From an uncultured delta proteobacterium (GTDB lineage Bacteria; Desulfobacterota; RBG-13-43-22): a stretch of 64,000 nucleotides of DNA. The notes under the pieces are model-generated. The model searched no databases. It saw only the letters and a program-made list of their open reading frames with translations, and had not been told where the DNA came from. The position numbers were made by a program, and so were the translations under genes. Numbering within the stretch: position 1 is the stretch's first letter; each line of letters starts with the position of its first letter. Below, piece by piece: positions 32,468 to 42,708 of the stretch. The stretch is from NCBI GenBank assembly GCA_963743305.1, contig CAVUPH010000026.1:38472-102471 (forward strand), given 5' to 3'.

Positions 32468-33883
32468 TCACTCCCCTCTCCGAATAATCTGAAAGCCAGC
32501 CGGCGTTTGGATGATATCGGAGATCTCCCCGGGCTGCAAATGGAAGGCCGCCTGGTCGAAGGCGGGCTGGGTGGTGCCTTTGGCGATTTCCCCGAGATCT
32601 CCCCCTTTCGCGGCGGATTCGCTGTCCGAATATTGGCGGGCCAGGGTGGCGAAGTCCTCACCGGCCCGGGCCCTGCGCAGGACCTCCGCGGCCAGATTCC
32701 GCGCTTTGTCTTTGGTCCGCGCTTGGCGGCTGCCCTCCGCCCCCTGGTAGGCGATCAGGATATGGCTGACCCGGACCAGCCTCAGCTCGACCCGCCGGAA
32801 CACCATATAACCTTTCGAGCTCGGCAGGGGGTCGCTGACCTGCCCTACCAACAGACGAAAAACCGGGGCCACACCTTCCGGATGTTCCAGTCCTTTGACC
32901 AGTAAAGGAATTTTGTAATCGGGGGAGTCGCTGAACTTCCGGGCGAGTTCCGGAAAATCCGTTCCGGGTCTTCGGGCCAGCTTCGCCAGTTGCCCGGCCA
33001 CCGCTCGCGCCTCCTCCGGGTCGTAACATTGATATTCTTGGGGGGTAAGTGCACCCTGGTGGGTTACCAGAATGTATTCCAGGGCCATCCGTTCGGTCTC
33101 CGGCTGCCCGGAAGCGGGTATCCGCTCCGGATCCGGCGGGCCGGTCGGTTCCGGCAGGCGTTTGCGGCAATCTCGGTCCCGGCCATTCCCGGCGGCCGCC
33201 AGACCGGCCTTATTCCTTGCCACGGTAAGTTCCGCGGACCTTTGCTTGAGGCGTTCCAGAAGCGGTCCAATCTCAAAGGCCTTGGCCTTCTCCCCCTTGC
33301 GGATAACGGTCACCCGGGTGATGCGGTCCCCCTGCCGGAGGCGCTTGAGGGTTCCCAGGCCGGACACCACCTCCCCGAAAATCGTATGGCGGCCGTCCAG
33401 GAAGGGGGCCGGGGCCAGGGTAATCAAAAACCGGTCCGCACGGGCGCTGTCGCCTTCGTTGAGCAGGGACACCACCCCCCGCCGATCGTGGCTCAACGAC
33501 GGATCGATTTCCCGGTCCAGCAGCATCCCCGGGCCCCCGTGGCCGCCGGCCTTTCGGGCCCCGCCCTGGACCAGCAGGTCCGGTATGATGTGATGGAAGA
33601 AGCTTCCGTCGAAATAGGGGGCTTCCCCCGGCTTTCCCGGCCGGGATTCCCGCCAGGAAATATCCCCCCGGGCCAGGCCGAGGAAACCGGCCACTGTCAG
33701 AGGCGCCTGCCGGAAATAAAGACGGATCAGCAGAGGGCCGCGGGTGGTCGTAATCCGGGCATAGATGCTGTCCGCAAGCTCGGCCCTGGTCCGGCCCAAA
33801 GCCGTGCCGCAAGAGAAGCCCGAAAGAGTTATAAGTATCACTCCGGCAGAAATTAACCGAAGATTGAAGGAAAAACGGAGCAT
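32468..33883 (-). CDS. Exported peptidyl-prolyl isomerase: cyclophilin domain plus two parvulin domains
   Basis: APLTVAGF, FLDGRHTIFGEV; FPELARKFSD; SHILIAY..FATLARQYSD..GGDLG. Confidence 0.85.
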   Translation of the reverse strand: MLRFSFNLRLISAGVILITLSGFSCGTALGRTRAELADSIYARITTTRGPLLIRLYFRQAPLTVAGFLGLARGDISWRESRPGKPGEAPYFDGSFFHHIIPDLLVQGGARKAGGHGGPGMLLDREIDPSLSHDRRGVVSLLNEGDSARADRFLITLAPAPFLDGRHTIFGEVVSGLGTLKRLRQGDRITRVTVIRKGEKAKAFEIGPLLERLKQRSAELTVARNKAGLAAAGNGRDRDCRKRLPEPTGPPDPERIPASGQPETERMALEYILVTHQGALTPQEYQCYDPEEARAVAGQLAKLARRPGTDFPELARKFSDSPDYKIPLLVKGLEHPEGVAPVFRLLVGQVSDPLPSSKGYMVFRRVELRLVRVSHILIAYQGAEGSRQARTKDKARNLAAEVLRRARAGEDFATLARQYSDSESAAKGGDLGEIAKGTTQPAFDQAAFHLQPGEISDIIQTPAGFQIIRRGE

Positions 33884-33897
33884 GGCCGGTCCTTAAA

Positions 33898-33953
33898 TAA
33901 AGAAGAGGCCGAGCGGCCGGGCGTTTAGGGCCCGGTCATCAGCCTCTTCTTTA
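33898..33953. terminator. Putative hairpin terminator
   Basis: TAAAGAAGAGGC...GCCTCTTCTTTA, downstream of the 33986 gene. Confidence 0.5.
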
Positions 33954-33985
33954 GGAAAAAAAGTCTGGTGTTACATCAAGTCGCC

Positions 33986-36490
33986 CTATAGACCACTCGG
34001 CCTTCCGGCGTCTCCCTGGCTGTAATCACAAACGCCGTCAGGAAAGATCTGCTCCAGACGAACCTGGTCGATCGTCTGGCCACCGTAAAATCCCTTCGTC
34101 ACAGCCTCGCTCACGGGGATCAAATGGCATTTGAACACGTCTCCCTTGATATCCCCGCCGGCGACTATCCGGGAAGTGGAGAAGAGCGGAAAGGCCTCGG
34201 TGCAGACCCCCTTGGGTTTGTTATTCAGTATGCCGTCCCAGACTCCCGGTCCTTGGCCGATCACCGCCCCGGTTGCATCCACACACTGGTCTGTGGCCCT
34301 GGTCGGTTTATTGGCCACCACGCCCCAGCCGTAGACCTTATGCTGGATGTTATAAATCCATTCATCCAGCAGTTGGAAGGCCTCCCCGGTCAAATCGTAG
34401 TACGGGGCGGCGAACCAGATGAGCTGGTTGTCCGCGTGTTTCTGACCGTCCAACAGACGCTGCCGGGTGGCGAAAGACTGCTGGGCATGATGCATATTCA
34501 AAACGGGATCAAGGTAATGCCGAAAATCGATGACCGGCATGTTCAAGCGCCCTTTGAAAACATGGCCGGACCGGTAGGCTTTGGCCATGGCTTCCATATT
34601 CCCCGCCGTTCTCGGGGCCACGCCTTTTCCGTCAGGTGTGAACACGGTGGAATTCCGGATACTCCAAGGGTCGAAATTGGAAAAATCCTGGGCCAGGGCA
34701 CCGAAGAAGGGATACCCCTCTTGGATCATGTCCCGGGGATTCTTCCAACCGCCGATTTTAGCGTTAATGTCCAGGAACTGTTCCCGCGTGATCTTGCCTT
34801 CCTTAAAGGCCTGCAGGCCATACTGGACCCCCACGTTATCCCAGGAGTTGGGCGCAATACCGGTTACGGGGTCCACCCCGTAAATGTTTTCCAAATCGTT
34901 CCAGTGGGTCCAGCGGACTTTGGCCACCACATCCGGCGGCAACTGATCCAGTCCCTGGGTGTCGGTCCACAGGGGATTCATGCAGAGGGGAAGGAGACCC
35001 AACCAGCCGTTGACGCACTCCGTGCTCCCCAGGTGCCCGAAGTTTTCATAAATTGGATGTCCGATGGCGTCGCTGGAGCTCAAGCCCTCGATCAATGTGC
35101 GCTTCTTCACCGAGCCCAGCCACCCGTAAGTCGGATCGAAGGGATCCGCCAGGTTAATGCCGCCGAAAGTGAAATCCCCCTGGCTCGGGGCCACCGCATC
35201 AAAATAATACTCCAGGAGGCTGCAATCCCCCACGTAAATGGTCTGAGTGATCATATCGGAATAGGAGTATTGGGGAACTCCTCCGTCCAGCAGGCCCGGA
35301 TGGTTTTGGCCGATGAAATACTGCTGGATGGACCCTCCGGACCCCCCCACGCCTACCGTATATTGCGGCTTTCCATAGCGGTCCGTAAAATAATTCTTGA
35401 TCATCATCATGGTCTCGGCGGAGAGGCTCATATTGTAGTGGGTGTCCGTGGTCGTCCCGGTGGAGAAGGCCACGGCGTATCCGGCGGCCAGGGCCTCGTC
35501 ATTCAGCGGACCGCCGTCGGCCAGGTCCTTGGATTCATCGATCATAGCCGCGGCCCACCCGCTACCCTGCTGGTGCCCGATCCCCACTCCGCCCTGAAAC
35601 TGGTAAATCAATTTTCGATTCCAAGCCGAGGTATCCCAGCCGAAATCATTCCGCGGGGCACTTTTCGATAGAGGCCGCCGGCGGAGGCCATTGGGGAAAC
35701 AGTTTTCCAGCGGTTTCTCCCGGGGGGCCAGCATGGCGATCCCATAGATAAAGCGGTTGATGGTTCCGCGCTCCAGACGAACGATATAGTCCACGGTCAG
35801 GCCCGCGGATGTCGTTGTTTGGGCCAGGTCCGCCGGACGGCTGCCGAGATGGACCAAGCGCTTGAATTTCCCTTCGGTACTCCGGTAAAAATAATCCACC
35901 CGGGAGAACATGCTGCAATCCTTACTGTAGCCGAGGATCCGATCCGTTGGCTTTCCCTGGTCGTCCTCCTCGTAAACCGGGATCCCCGTTCCCTCCAGGT
36001 TATCTATCAAAGGCTGTCCCAGGCCGGCCATTTCCGTCCGGCAAAGAAAGGGATATTGTTTCTGCCCGGTGAAGAGCGGACCCTGGGGCCCGGTCTCGTA
36101 ATCGATCTGAATGGTCAGGTGGCTTTTAGGAATCCCTTCCACTTTCACATAGAGTTGGTTTTCCTTTTTGAGCCTAACCGGGGCTTCGAGGCGATTAACC
36201 CAGGCTTTGAAATCGTTCGGGCCGAAGATCGTACACCCGTTCAGCTTGACCACGGCGCTGCGCACCGTGGAATTTTTCTTCGACCCCCCGCTAATCAAGA
36301 TCAGCCGGCCCAAGACCAGGGAGCCCTCTTCTTCGGCCCCGGTAAGGACGACTTCCTGATAGACATTGGGTTGTCCCGTAGTGCGAATAAATTTCTCCGG
36401 ACCGAAAATGGTGGTCTGGACCTGGGAATGAGTCATGGATGGTATAATCAGAAAGGCCAACAAGGGGATGAGCAAAATGGTTCTTTTCAT
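33986..36490 (-). CDS. Large exported protein, DUF6351/tannase-like alpha/beta hydrolase
   Basis: Signal peptide MKRTILLIPLL, ERGTINR, GGSGGSIQQ nucleophile-elbow motif, DNVGVQYGL, IFPDGVCDYS. Confidence 0.7.
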   Translation of the reverse strand: MKRTILLIPLLAFLIIPSMTHSQVQTTIFGPEKFIRTTGQPNVYQEVVLTGAEEEGSLVLGRLILISGGSKKNSTVRSAVVKLNGCTIFGPNDFKAWVNRLEAPVRLKKENQLYVKVEGIPKSHLTIQIDYETGPQGPLFTGQKQYPFLCRTEMAGLGQPLIDNLEGTGIPVYEEDDQGKPTDRILGYSKDCSMFSRVDYFYRSTEGKFKRLVHLGSRPADLAQTTTSAGLTVDYIVRLERGTINRFIYGIAMLAPREKPLENCFPNGLRRRPLSKSAPRNDFGWDTSAWNRKLIYQFQGGVGIGHQQGSGWAAAMIDESKDLADGGPLNDEALAAGYAVAFSTGTTTDTHYNMSLSAETMMMIKNYFTDRYGKPQYTVGVGGSGGSIQQYFIGQNHPGLLDGGVPQYSYSDMITQTIYVGDCSLLEYYFDAVAPSQGDFTFGGINLADPFDPTYGWLGSVKKRTLIEGLSSSDAIGHPIYENFGHLGSTECVNGWLGLLPLCMNPLWTDTQGLDQLPPDVVAKVRWTHWNDLENIYGVDPVTGIAPNSWDNVGVQYGLQAFKEGKITREQFLDINAKIGGWKNPRDMIQEGYPFFGALAQDFSNFDPWSIRNSTVFTPDGKGVAPRTAGNMEAMAKAYRSGHVFKGRLNMPVIDFRHYLDPVLNMHHAQQSFATRQRLLDGQKHADNQLIWFAAPYYDLTGEAFQLLDEWIYNIQHKVYGWGVVANKPTRATDQCVDATGAVIGQGPGVWDGILNNKPKGVCTEAFPLFSTSRIVAGGDIKGDVFKCHLIPVSEAVTKGFYGGQTIDQVRLEQIFPDGVCDYSQGDAGRPSGL

Positions 36491-36700
36491 AATACTCTCC
36501 TTTTTCGATTGGGTTGTTGTGTTCCGAAGAAAAAAAAACAAGGTGGGATACGCTTTTCATGCCGATTTTACTATTCTCCGACTCCCTGTCAAGATAAATT
36601 AATGATTTTGAAAGCGGCCCTCTCGGAGGCCGTAAAAAGTCTTTTTTTCAAGGGATGAATAAATTATTATAGCCAAAGATACGAATCAGCCATTATAAAC

Positions 36701-37273
36701 ATGAACGACCGGCCTATGGAAAAAACGGTTTCCCTTCAATCCCACAAGATGAAAAAAGCGGCCCTGCGGGGCTTTCGGGAATGGAAGCGGCTGCTCCCTT
36801 CCCAGTCCTATCTGGATGAAACCACCCGTCTGCTGGACCTCCCCGATGACCTGATTCTTTTTTTCTGTGAAGATACCCCCCAAAGCCGGGTCCTGATCTA
36901 CGACCTGCTCATGGGGATTTACGGGTTGGGCAGCGGCTATGAATTCGAATCCTTGCCGCCGGATACGGTGAGCGCTCTGCTGGACCCCTATTTCCTGATT
37001 ACCGACCAGATTCGCTTTGACTGCCTTCGCCGCCTGAACTGGGCCCGGCCCACCTCCGCCGCGGAAAGACCGATCGTCGAGTTGGTCCTGGACATCCGCC
37101 ACAAGATACCGCCTGAATTTCTGGAAATTCCCCAAGCCACCCCGCAGCATCCAGCCTACCCGCTGCTGAAGCCCGACAGCCTGATGGAACAAGCGGTGTT
37201 GATCCGCAGGCTCCTGCCGGAGGCCATCAGCCAATTCCGGGAAAAAATCAGGGCTGAAGTCCCGAGGGGTTGA
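36701..37273 (+). CDS. Hypothetical protein
   Basis: 190-aa ORF with plausible composition filling the gap between genes; no motif recognised. Confidence 0.6.
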   Translation: MNDRPMEKTVSLQSHKMKKAALRGFREWKRLLPSQSYLDETTRLLDLPDDLILFFCEDTPQSRVLIYDLLMGIYGLGSGYEFESLPPDTVSALLDPYFLITDQIRFDCLRRLNWARPTSAAERPIVELVLDIRHKIPPEFLEIPQATPQHPAYPLLKPDSLMEQAVLIRRLLPEAISQFREKIRAEVPRG

Positions 37274-38327
37274 TCAGGGCAATACGGTGATGGTTCCCGC
37301 CGGTCCCGCGGTCACTTCCCCGATCGCGGCGGCCTCCCGGATTCCCCGGGCCCTTAACTTATCCAGCATTTCCGCCGCCCGGTTTTCCTTGACGGAAATC
37401 AGCAATCCCCCCGAGGTCTGGGCATCGGCCAGAATATCCAAGAGGTGGGAAGGGATGGCTGGATCCACCGTCAGCGAATGGCGACAAAAGTTGCGATTGG
37501 CATACGTCCCGGCCGGCACCAGACCCATTTGCGCGTATTCCCGGGCAAAAGAAAGAATGGGCACCCGGGAGACCCTTAACACCATTCCGCATTGACTGGC
37601 GTTGGCCATTTCCAGCGCGTGACCCAGCAGGCCGAACCCGGTGATATCGGTGCAGGCCCGGGCCCCCACCTCTTCCATTACTTCAGCCCCAACCCGATTC
37701 AATTCCACCATGACGGCGATCATCGCCTCTTCCGCTTCCGGCGAGGAGAAGTTACCCTTAAGGGCCGTGGAAATGATCCCGGTCCCGATGGGTTTGGTCA
37801 AGAGAAGATGATCCCCGGGCCGGGCCCCGGCATTGGTCATCACCCGGTCCGGATGAACCAGTCCCGTGACGGAAAGCCCGTATTTCAGCTCCGCGTCATC
37901 AATACTGTGCCCCCCCACCAGCAACGCGCCCGGCCTCATGGATTTTTTCCAAGCCGCCCCGCAGGATCTCCTTGAGAATCCATTTATCCATGGTCTTTTT
38001 CGGGAAGCCGACGATGTTCATGGCGGTCAGCGGCCTCCCCCCCATGGCATAGACGTCGCTCAGGGCATTGACGGCGGCGATCTGCCCGAACCGGTAGGGA
38101 TCGTTGACGATGGGGGTAAAGAAATCGAGGGTCTGGATCAACGCCAGGTCGTCCCGGATTTTGTAGACCCCCGCGTCGTCGGAGGTTTCCCTCCCTACCA
38201 GGAGGTTGGGATCGGTCTCCAAAGGAAGATCGGCTAATATCTCCTGCAGGTCGCCCGGACCCAACTTGGAGGCTCAGCCGGCGGCCCGGGTGGCGTCGAC
38301 CAACCGGATGGCTCTCGGATCACTCAT
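37274..38327 (-). CDS. selD: Selenide, water dikinase (selenoprotein: UGA at codon 18; frameshift near 37925)
   Basis: [57 protein letters not shown]. Confidence 0.93.
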
Positions 38328-39225
38328 TATTACTATTACCTTCCCTTAGTAAAAATTCCTTGAACTCCTCCGCCAGAGGGGAAAGCGTTCTTTGTTTCAG
38401 ATGAACCAGAAAAAAGTCCCGAAAAAGAGGAAACTGCTTGATCTTAATTTCTTTTACCAGACCGGCGGCCAGATCTTCCGTCACCGACCGGCGGGAGAGT
38501 ATGGAGACTCCCAGGCCGGCCTTGACCGCTTGCCGGACGGCCTCGCTGCTTCCCAGTTCGGCCACGGCCGTCAGTTCGTCCGGATTCAAGTCAATTTTCG
38601 CCAAAGCCTTTTCGATCGACCGGCGGGTCCCAGAACCCGGCTCACGCAGAATAAAGGGCAACTTTAAAAGTTCCCGGGGATCGAGGCCCTGCTTCCCTCC
38701 CGAAGGGAAATCCGCCGGCTGGATACAAACCAACTCGTCTTTGGTCAAGAGTTGACTGAAAATCTGCCGCTGTTCCACCCGGGCGCCGACCACCCCTATC
38801 TCGATCGCCCCCGCTAAAACCTGTTCGACGATATTTCGAGTGTCACCAATCAGGACTTGAACCCGCACCCGGGGATACTTTTTCTTGAACTTCCCCAGGA
38901 TGCCGGGCAACAGATACTGGCCGGGGATGTTGCTCCCGCCGATCAGCAGTTCCCCCTGTCCTTTGTCCAGGAATTGCTGCATGGCCCGGAGGGCCTCCTG
39001 ACGTAATCCGCTTAATTGTCTGGAATAGCCGTAAAGCAACTCTCCGGCTTTGGTGGGAATCACCTCCCGACCCTGGCGGTCGAAAAGGGTGAGTCGCAGG
39101 TCCTCTTCCAGGAGGCGGATATGCTCACTAATGGTGGGCTGGGCCAGCAGCAGGGCCTGGCCGGCCCGCGAAAAACTTTTTAGTTCAAAAACCTTCTGAA
39201 AAACTTCCAAGCGTCGAAAATCCAT
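38320..39225 (-). CDS. LysR family transcriptional regulator (selenium metabolism-associated type)
   Basis: MDFRRLEVF..SFSRAG..AQPTIS HTH, REPGSGTR; overlaps the selD start. Confidence 0.88.
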   Translation of the reverse strand: MDFRRLEVFQKVFELKSFSRAGQALLLAQPTISEHIRLLEEDLRLTLFDRQGREVIPTKAGELLYGYSRQLSGLRQEALRAMQQFLDKGQGELLIGGSNIPGQYLLPGILGKFKKKYPRVRVQVLIGDTRNIVEQVLAGAIEIGVVGARVEQRQIFSQLLTKDELVCIQPADFPSGGKQGLDPRELLKLPFILREPGSGTRRSIEKALAKIDLNPDELTAVAELGSSEAVRQAVKAGLGVSILSRRSVTEDLAAGLVKEIKIKQFPLFRDFFLVHLKQRTLSPLAEEFKEFLLREGNSNNE

Positions 39226-39232
39226 CAAATAT

Positions 39233-39383
39233 AATACCTCGCAAAAAGTCAAAAAACGACTTTCTGCTCGGCGGGGAAGGGTTCCCCCTCCCCCGCCATT
39301 GGAAGTGAATTCCAATGGTGCCACCCTCACCCGCCCGGCGCTTAATCGCGCTCGGGCTGTATGGACTCGCCAAGAGTCCATCA
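39233..39383. mobile_element. Degenerate MITE between ubiB-like and lysR
   Basis: CCTCGCAAAAAGTC end shared with the 30.8/31.9-kb MITEs, GAGTCCATCA at the other end, internal hairpins. Confidence 0.5.
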
Positions 39384-41028
39384 AACTTTTCTTTCTCCAC
39401 ATAGTAAATATCAATCCCAGGCCCAAAAGACCGGAAATCAGGTACCCGATCACCCCCAAAACCGGAAAACCGAAGAGCAGAGGTTTGACCCCGGTGGTGA
39501 TAATCATGGACGATCCCACAATCAAGGCGGCGATAATAATTCCAAAGGTGACCCGGTTGCTGCTTCTTTCCAAGGTATTGTTCAGGCTGGTTAACCCGGT
39601 ATGCTTAAAGGTCAGGGTCAGGTCCCCTTTGTCCACCTTCCAGAAAAAGGCCTTCAGCCGGGCGGGAAGGTCGTGGAGCAGGTCATAGAGGTCCCAAGCC
39701 TGGGACTGGAGGGATTCCGAAAGATGCTTTACCGACCAGCGCTCCTTGACCAATTCGGCCAACAAGGGCCGGGCTTCTTCCACGGTATTGAACTCCGGAA
39801 ACAGTTGTTTGCCCATCCCCTCCAGGGAGAGCAGGGCACGACCCAGAAGGGCGAAATCAGACCGGAGCCGCAACCGATGGTCCTTGAGCAGCCCCATCAG
39901 CGAATAAATCAGTTCACCGACCTGGATCTCCTGCAGGGAGATTCCATAATAGGAATCCATCAAATCCAGGACATCCCTTTCCAGCCGTTGGAGATTTATG
40001 TCGGAAGGCATGTCGGCGGTCAGATGAGGAATCAACCGCAGGATGGTTTCACTGTCTTTTTCAACCAAAGCCAGAATCAAGTCGACCAGGGTTCCGCGCA
40101 GTTCCTTGCTGATACGACCGGTCATACCCCAATCCAGAAAACACAAACGACCGTCGTCCATGACCAGCAGGTTGCCCTGATGGGGATCGGCGTGGAAATA
40201 GCCTTGACGCAGCATCTGATCCAGCATGATCTTGGCCCCGTTTCGGGCCAACGTTTCCCGGCGGGCCTTATCCGGCGGCAACTGATCCAGGCGAACTCCT
40301 TTCACCAGTTCCATGGTCAATACAAAGGGGTTCGTGGCCTCCTCATAGACTTCGGGAAGGTACATCAAGTCCGGGAAGGTCAGGTTCTTTCGAAAGATTT
40401 TCATATTCCTGGCTTCCAGGGTAAAATCCAATTCTCGAACCAGGCTGAAACGCAATTCCTCTACCAGACCCGGGAAATCGTACATTTGGTAATTTTTCAG
40501 CTCATTGAGCTGCTCGGCAATAAAGGCCAAAATATCGAGATCGGAATTAATCATCCGGCGGATACCCGGGCGCTGCACCTTGACGGCCACCGGGCAGTCA
40601 TTCCCCACTAACCGGGCCCGATGCACTTGGGCCAGGGACGCCGATCCCAGCGGTTCCCAATCAAAATCGGCGAACACTTCCTGCATCGGCCGTTTCAGGG
40701 TTCGGGTCAGCAGGGTTTGGACTTCCGGGGTGGGTGAGGGGGGAACCTGATCCTGGAGTTTCTTCAATTCCAACAGCAGGGGACCCGGGATCAGGTCCGG
40801 ACGCATACTGAGGACTTGGCCGAACTTGATGAAGGTGGGGCCCAATTCCTGGAAAACCAGCCGGATGCGCTCATTGGTCGTCAATGGAGTTTTAGTCCGG
40901 TTGATCCGCCTCAGAATAAAGGAACCGGGAAGGTCCAGACGGTGAACCACATCGTCGAAGCCGTATTTAAACAGGACCCAGACGATTTTCTTAAAGCGGT
41001 TAAGGTTGCGGATGGATTTGATTTCCAT
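39380..41028 (-). CDS. ABC1/UbiB (AarF) family kinase
   Basis: ELGPTFIKFGQ, ASLAQVH, VKVQRP, HADPHQGN, DWGM and two C-terminal TMs. No stop codon in this sequence: reads into lysR. Confidence 0.88.
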
Positions 41029-41054
41029 TTTCTTTTGTGCTAAGTAAAGGCCTC

Positions 41055-42242
41055 ATGATCGACGCGCTGCCCCCATACCGGCTCATTGAAACCCCCCAGG
41101 ACCTGGAAAACCTGGGGCTGCGGTTAAATCAGGAAACCTCCGTGGCCCTGGATTTAGAGGGCGATTCCCTCTACCATTACCGGGAAAAAATCTGCCTGAT
41201 CCAAATTGCCGCCGGGGATGATTTTTTTCTTATCGATCCATTAATAATCTCCGACCTTTCCCCTTTGGCATTATTCCTTAATAATCCGAATATCCGAAAA
41301 ATTCTTCACGGAGCGGACTATGATATTCGATCTCTTTACCGGGATTATCAGTTTCAAATCCATAATCTCTTGGATACGGAAAGCGCCGCTCGATTTCTGG
41401 GGCTCAAGGAAACCGGGCTGGGGTCCCTCCTGAGCGCCCGGTTTCAAATCCAATTGGATAAACGTTATCAAAAAACGGATTGGTCCAAGAGACCCCTGAG
41501 CGATCCCATGTTGTCCTATGCCGCGGCTGACGTGGCCTATTTGATCCCCCTGGCTCAATCCCTGGTGGCGGATTTGGAAGCCTTGGGAAGACTCTCTTGG
41601 GTCCTGGAAGAAGGGGACCGCCTTTGTCGGGTCCGCTTCAATCCCCCCTATCAGGGACCGCTGTTCCTGCAGTTTAAAGGCGGACGGCGCCTGGATTCCC
41701 GGTCCTTGGGACTGCTGGAGAATCTGCTTCAATATCGCAAGACCCTGGCTGAAAAACGGGACCGGCCTTTGTTCAAAATATTGGGGGCCGATGTCCTTAA
41801 AACCCTGGCCTTGGAGAAACCCCTAACCCTCGATCAATTAAAAGGCATTAAGGGCTTGAGCGCCAAACTAATCGACCGCTTGGGCGAGGATCTGATTGAC
41901 TGCCTGAAACAGGGACTGGTTATTCCCGAAACCGATCTGCCCCGGTTCCCGCCATCGATCCGGCACCAGGTTAAACCGGCCGTGGCCGCCAGGGTCAAGA
42001 CCCTCAAAGCGTGGCGGGAGGGAAAAGCCCGGGAATTGAATCTGGACCCGGGGGTCGTAATCAGCAATTCCTTGATCGATCAAATCGGAGAAAAACATCC
42101 GACCGGGCCGGAAGACCTGAAGTTGATCCCGGAATTAAGGCACTGGCAAATGCAAGCCTTGGGCCCCGAAATTCTGCAAGTCCTCTGCTCACCTCCCACT
42201 AAGTCCAACCTCAAAGAGCATATCCGGCCTGAAAACCCTTAA
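41055..42242 (+). CDS. rnd: Ribonuclease D-like (DEDD exonuclease plus HRDC)
   Basis: ALDLE, LHGADYD, DWSKRPL, YAAADV, HRDC domains. Confidence 0.85.
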   Translation: MIDALPPYRLIETPQDLENLGLRLNQETSVALDLEGDSLYHYREKICLIQIAAGDDFFLIDPLIISDLSPLALFLNNPNIRKILHGADYDIRSLYRDYQFQIHNLLDTESAARFLGLKETGLGSLLSARFQIQLDKRYQKTDWSKRPLSDPMLSYAAADVAYLIPLAQSLVADLEALGRLSWVLEEGDRLCRVRFNPPYQGPLFLQFKGGRRLDSRSLGLLENLLQYRKTLAEKRDRPLFKILGADVLKTLALEKPLTLDQLKGIKGLSAKLIDRLGEDLIDCLKQGLVIPETDLPRFPPSIRHQVKPAVAARVKTLKAWREGKARELNLDPGVVISNSLIDQIGEKHPTGPEDLKLIPELRHWQMQALGPEILQVLCSPPTKSNLKEHIRPENP

Positions 42243-42708
42243 TATTCTGCTCCCGAAATTTGGCCGGGGATAATCGTTCAATCGCCTCCAGGTACTTTGA
42301 ATTGTCCAACCCTAGCTTCGATTGCCTGGCCGAATAGCCCAGGAAGACCATGTTTCCGGATCGGGGCAGGCCCAGCTTTCGGGCCAAGCCTATCGCGTCA
42401 ATCATTCCTTTACCCTGGTCAGGCGAATTGATCACCCGGATGCCCTGATCCTTCAGGTAATAGCCATAGGCCTGGGCTTCTTCGGGGGTCAGCCCCAGAA
42501 GCACATCCGCCCGGCCCTGCTCGATGGCCGGGCTCAGGTATTTGCCGATTTTTATCTGGGAAATGACCGACCCGCCGCGCATAGCCATGCCGTGGGTTTC
42601 GGAAGAGATGACCGGTTGCCCGGATAGAAAAGCCGCCTCCACGATCACCCGGGTGACGAAGAGGACCCCCTGCCCACCCGTTCCAACGATGACGATCTGC
42701 TTCTTCAT
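42211..42708 (-). CDS. iorB: Indolepyruvate:ferredoxin oxidoreductase beta subunit
   Basis: GTGGQG, SETHGMAMRGGSV. Confidence 0.88.
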   Translation of the reverse strand: MKKQIVIVGTGGQGVLFVTRVIVEAAFLSGQPVISSETHGMAMRGGSVISQIKIGKYLSPAIEQGRADVLLGLTPEEAQAYGYYLKDQGIRVINSPDQGKGMIDAIGLARKLGLPRSGNMVFLGYSARQSKLGLDNSKYLEAIERLSPAKFREQNIKGFQAGYAL

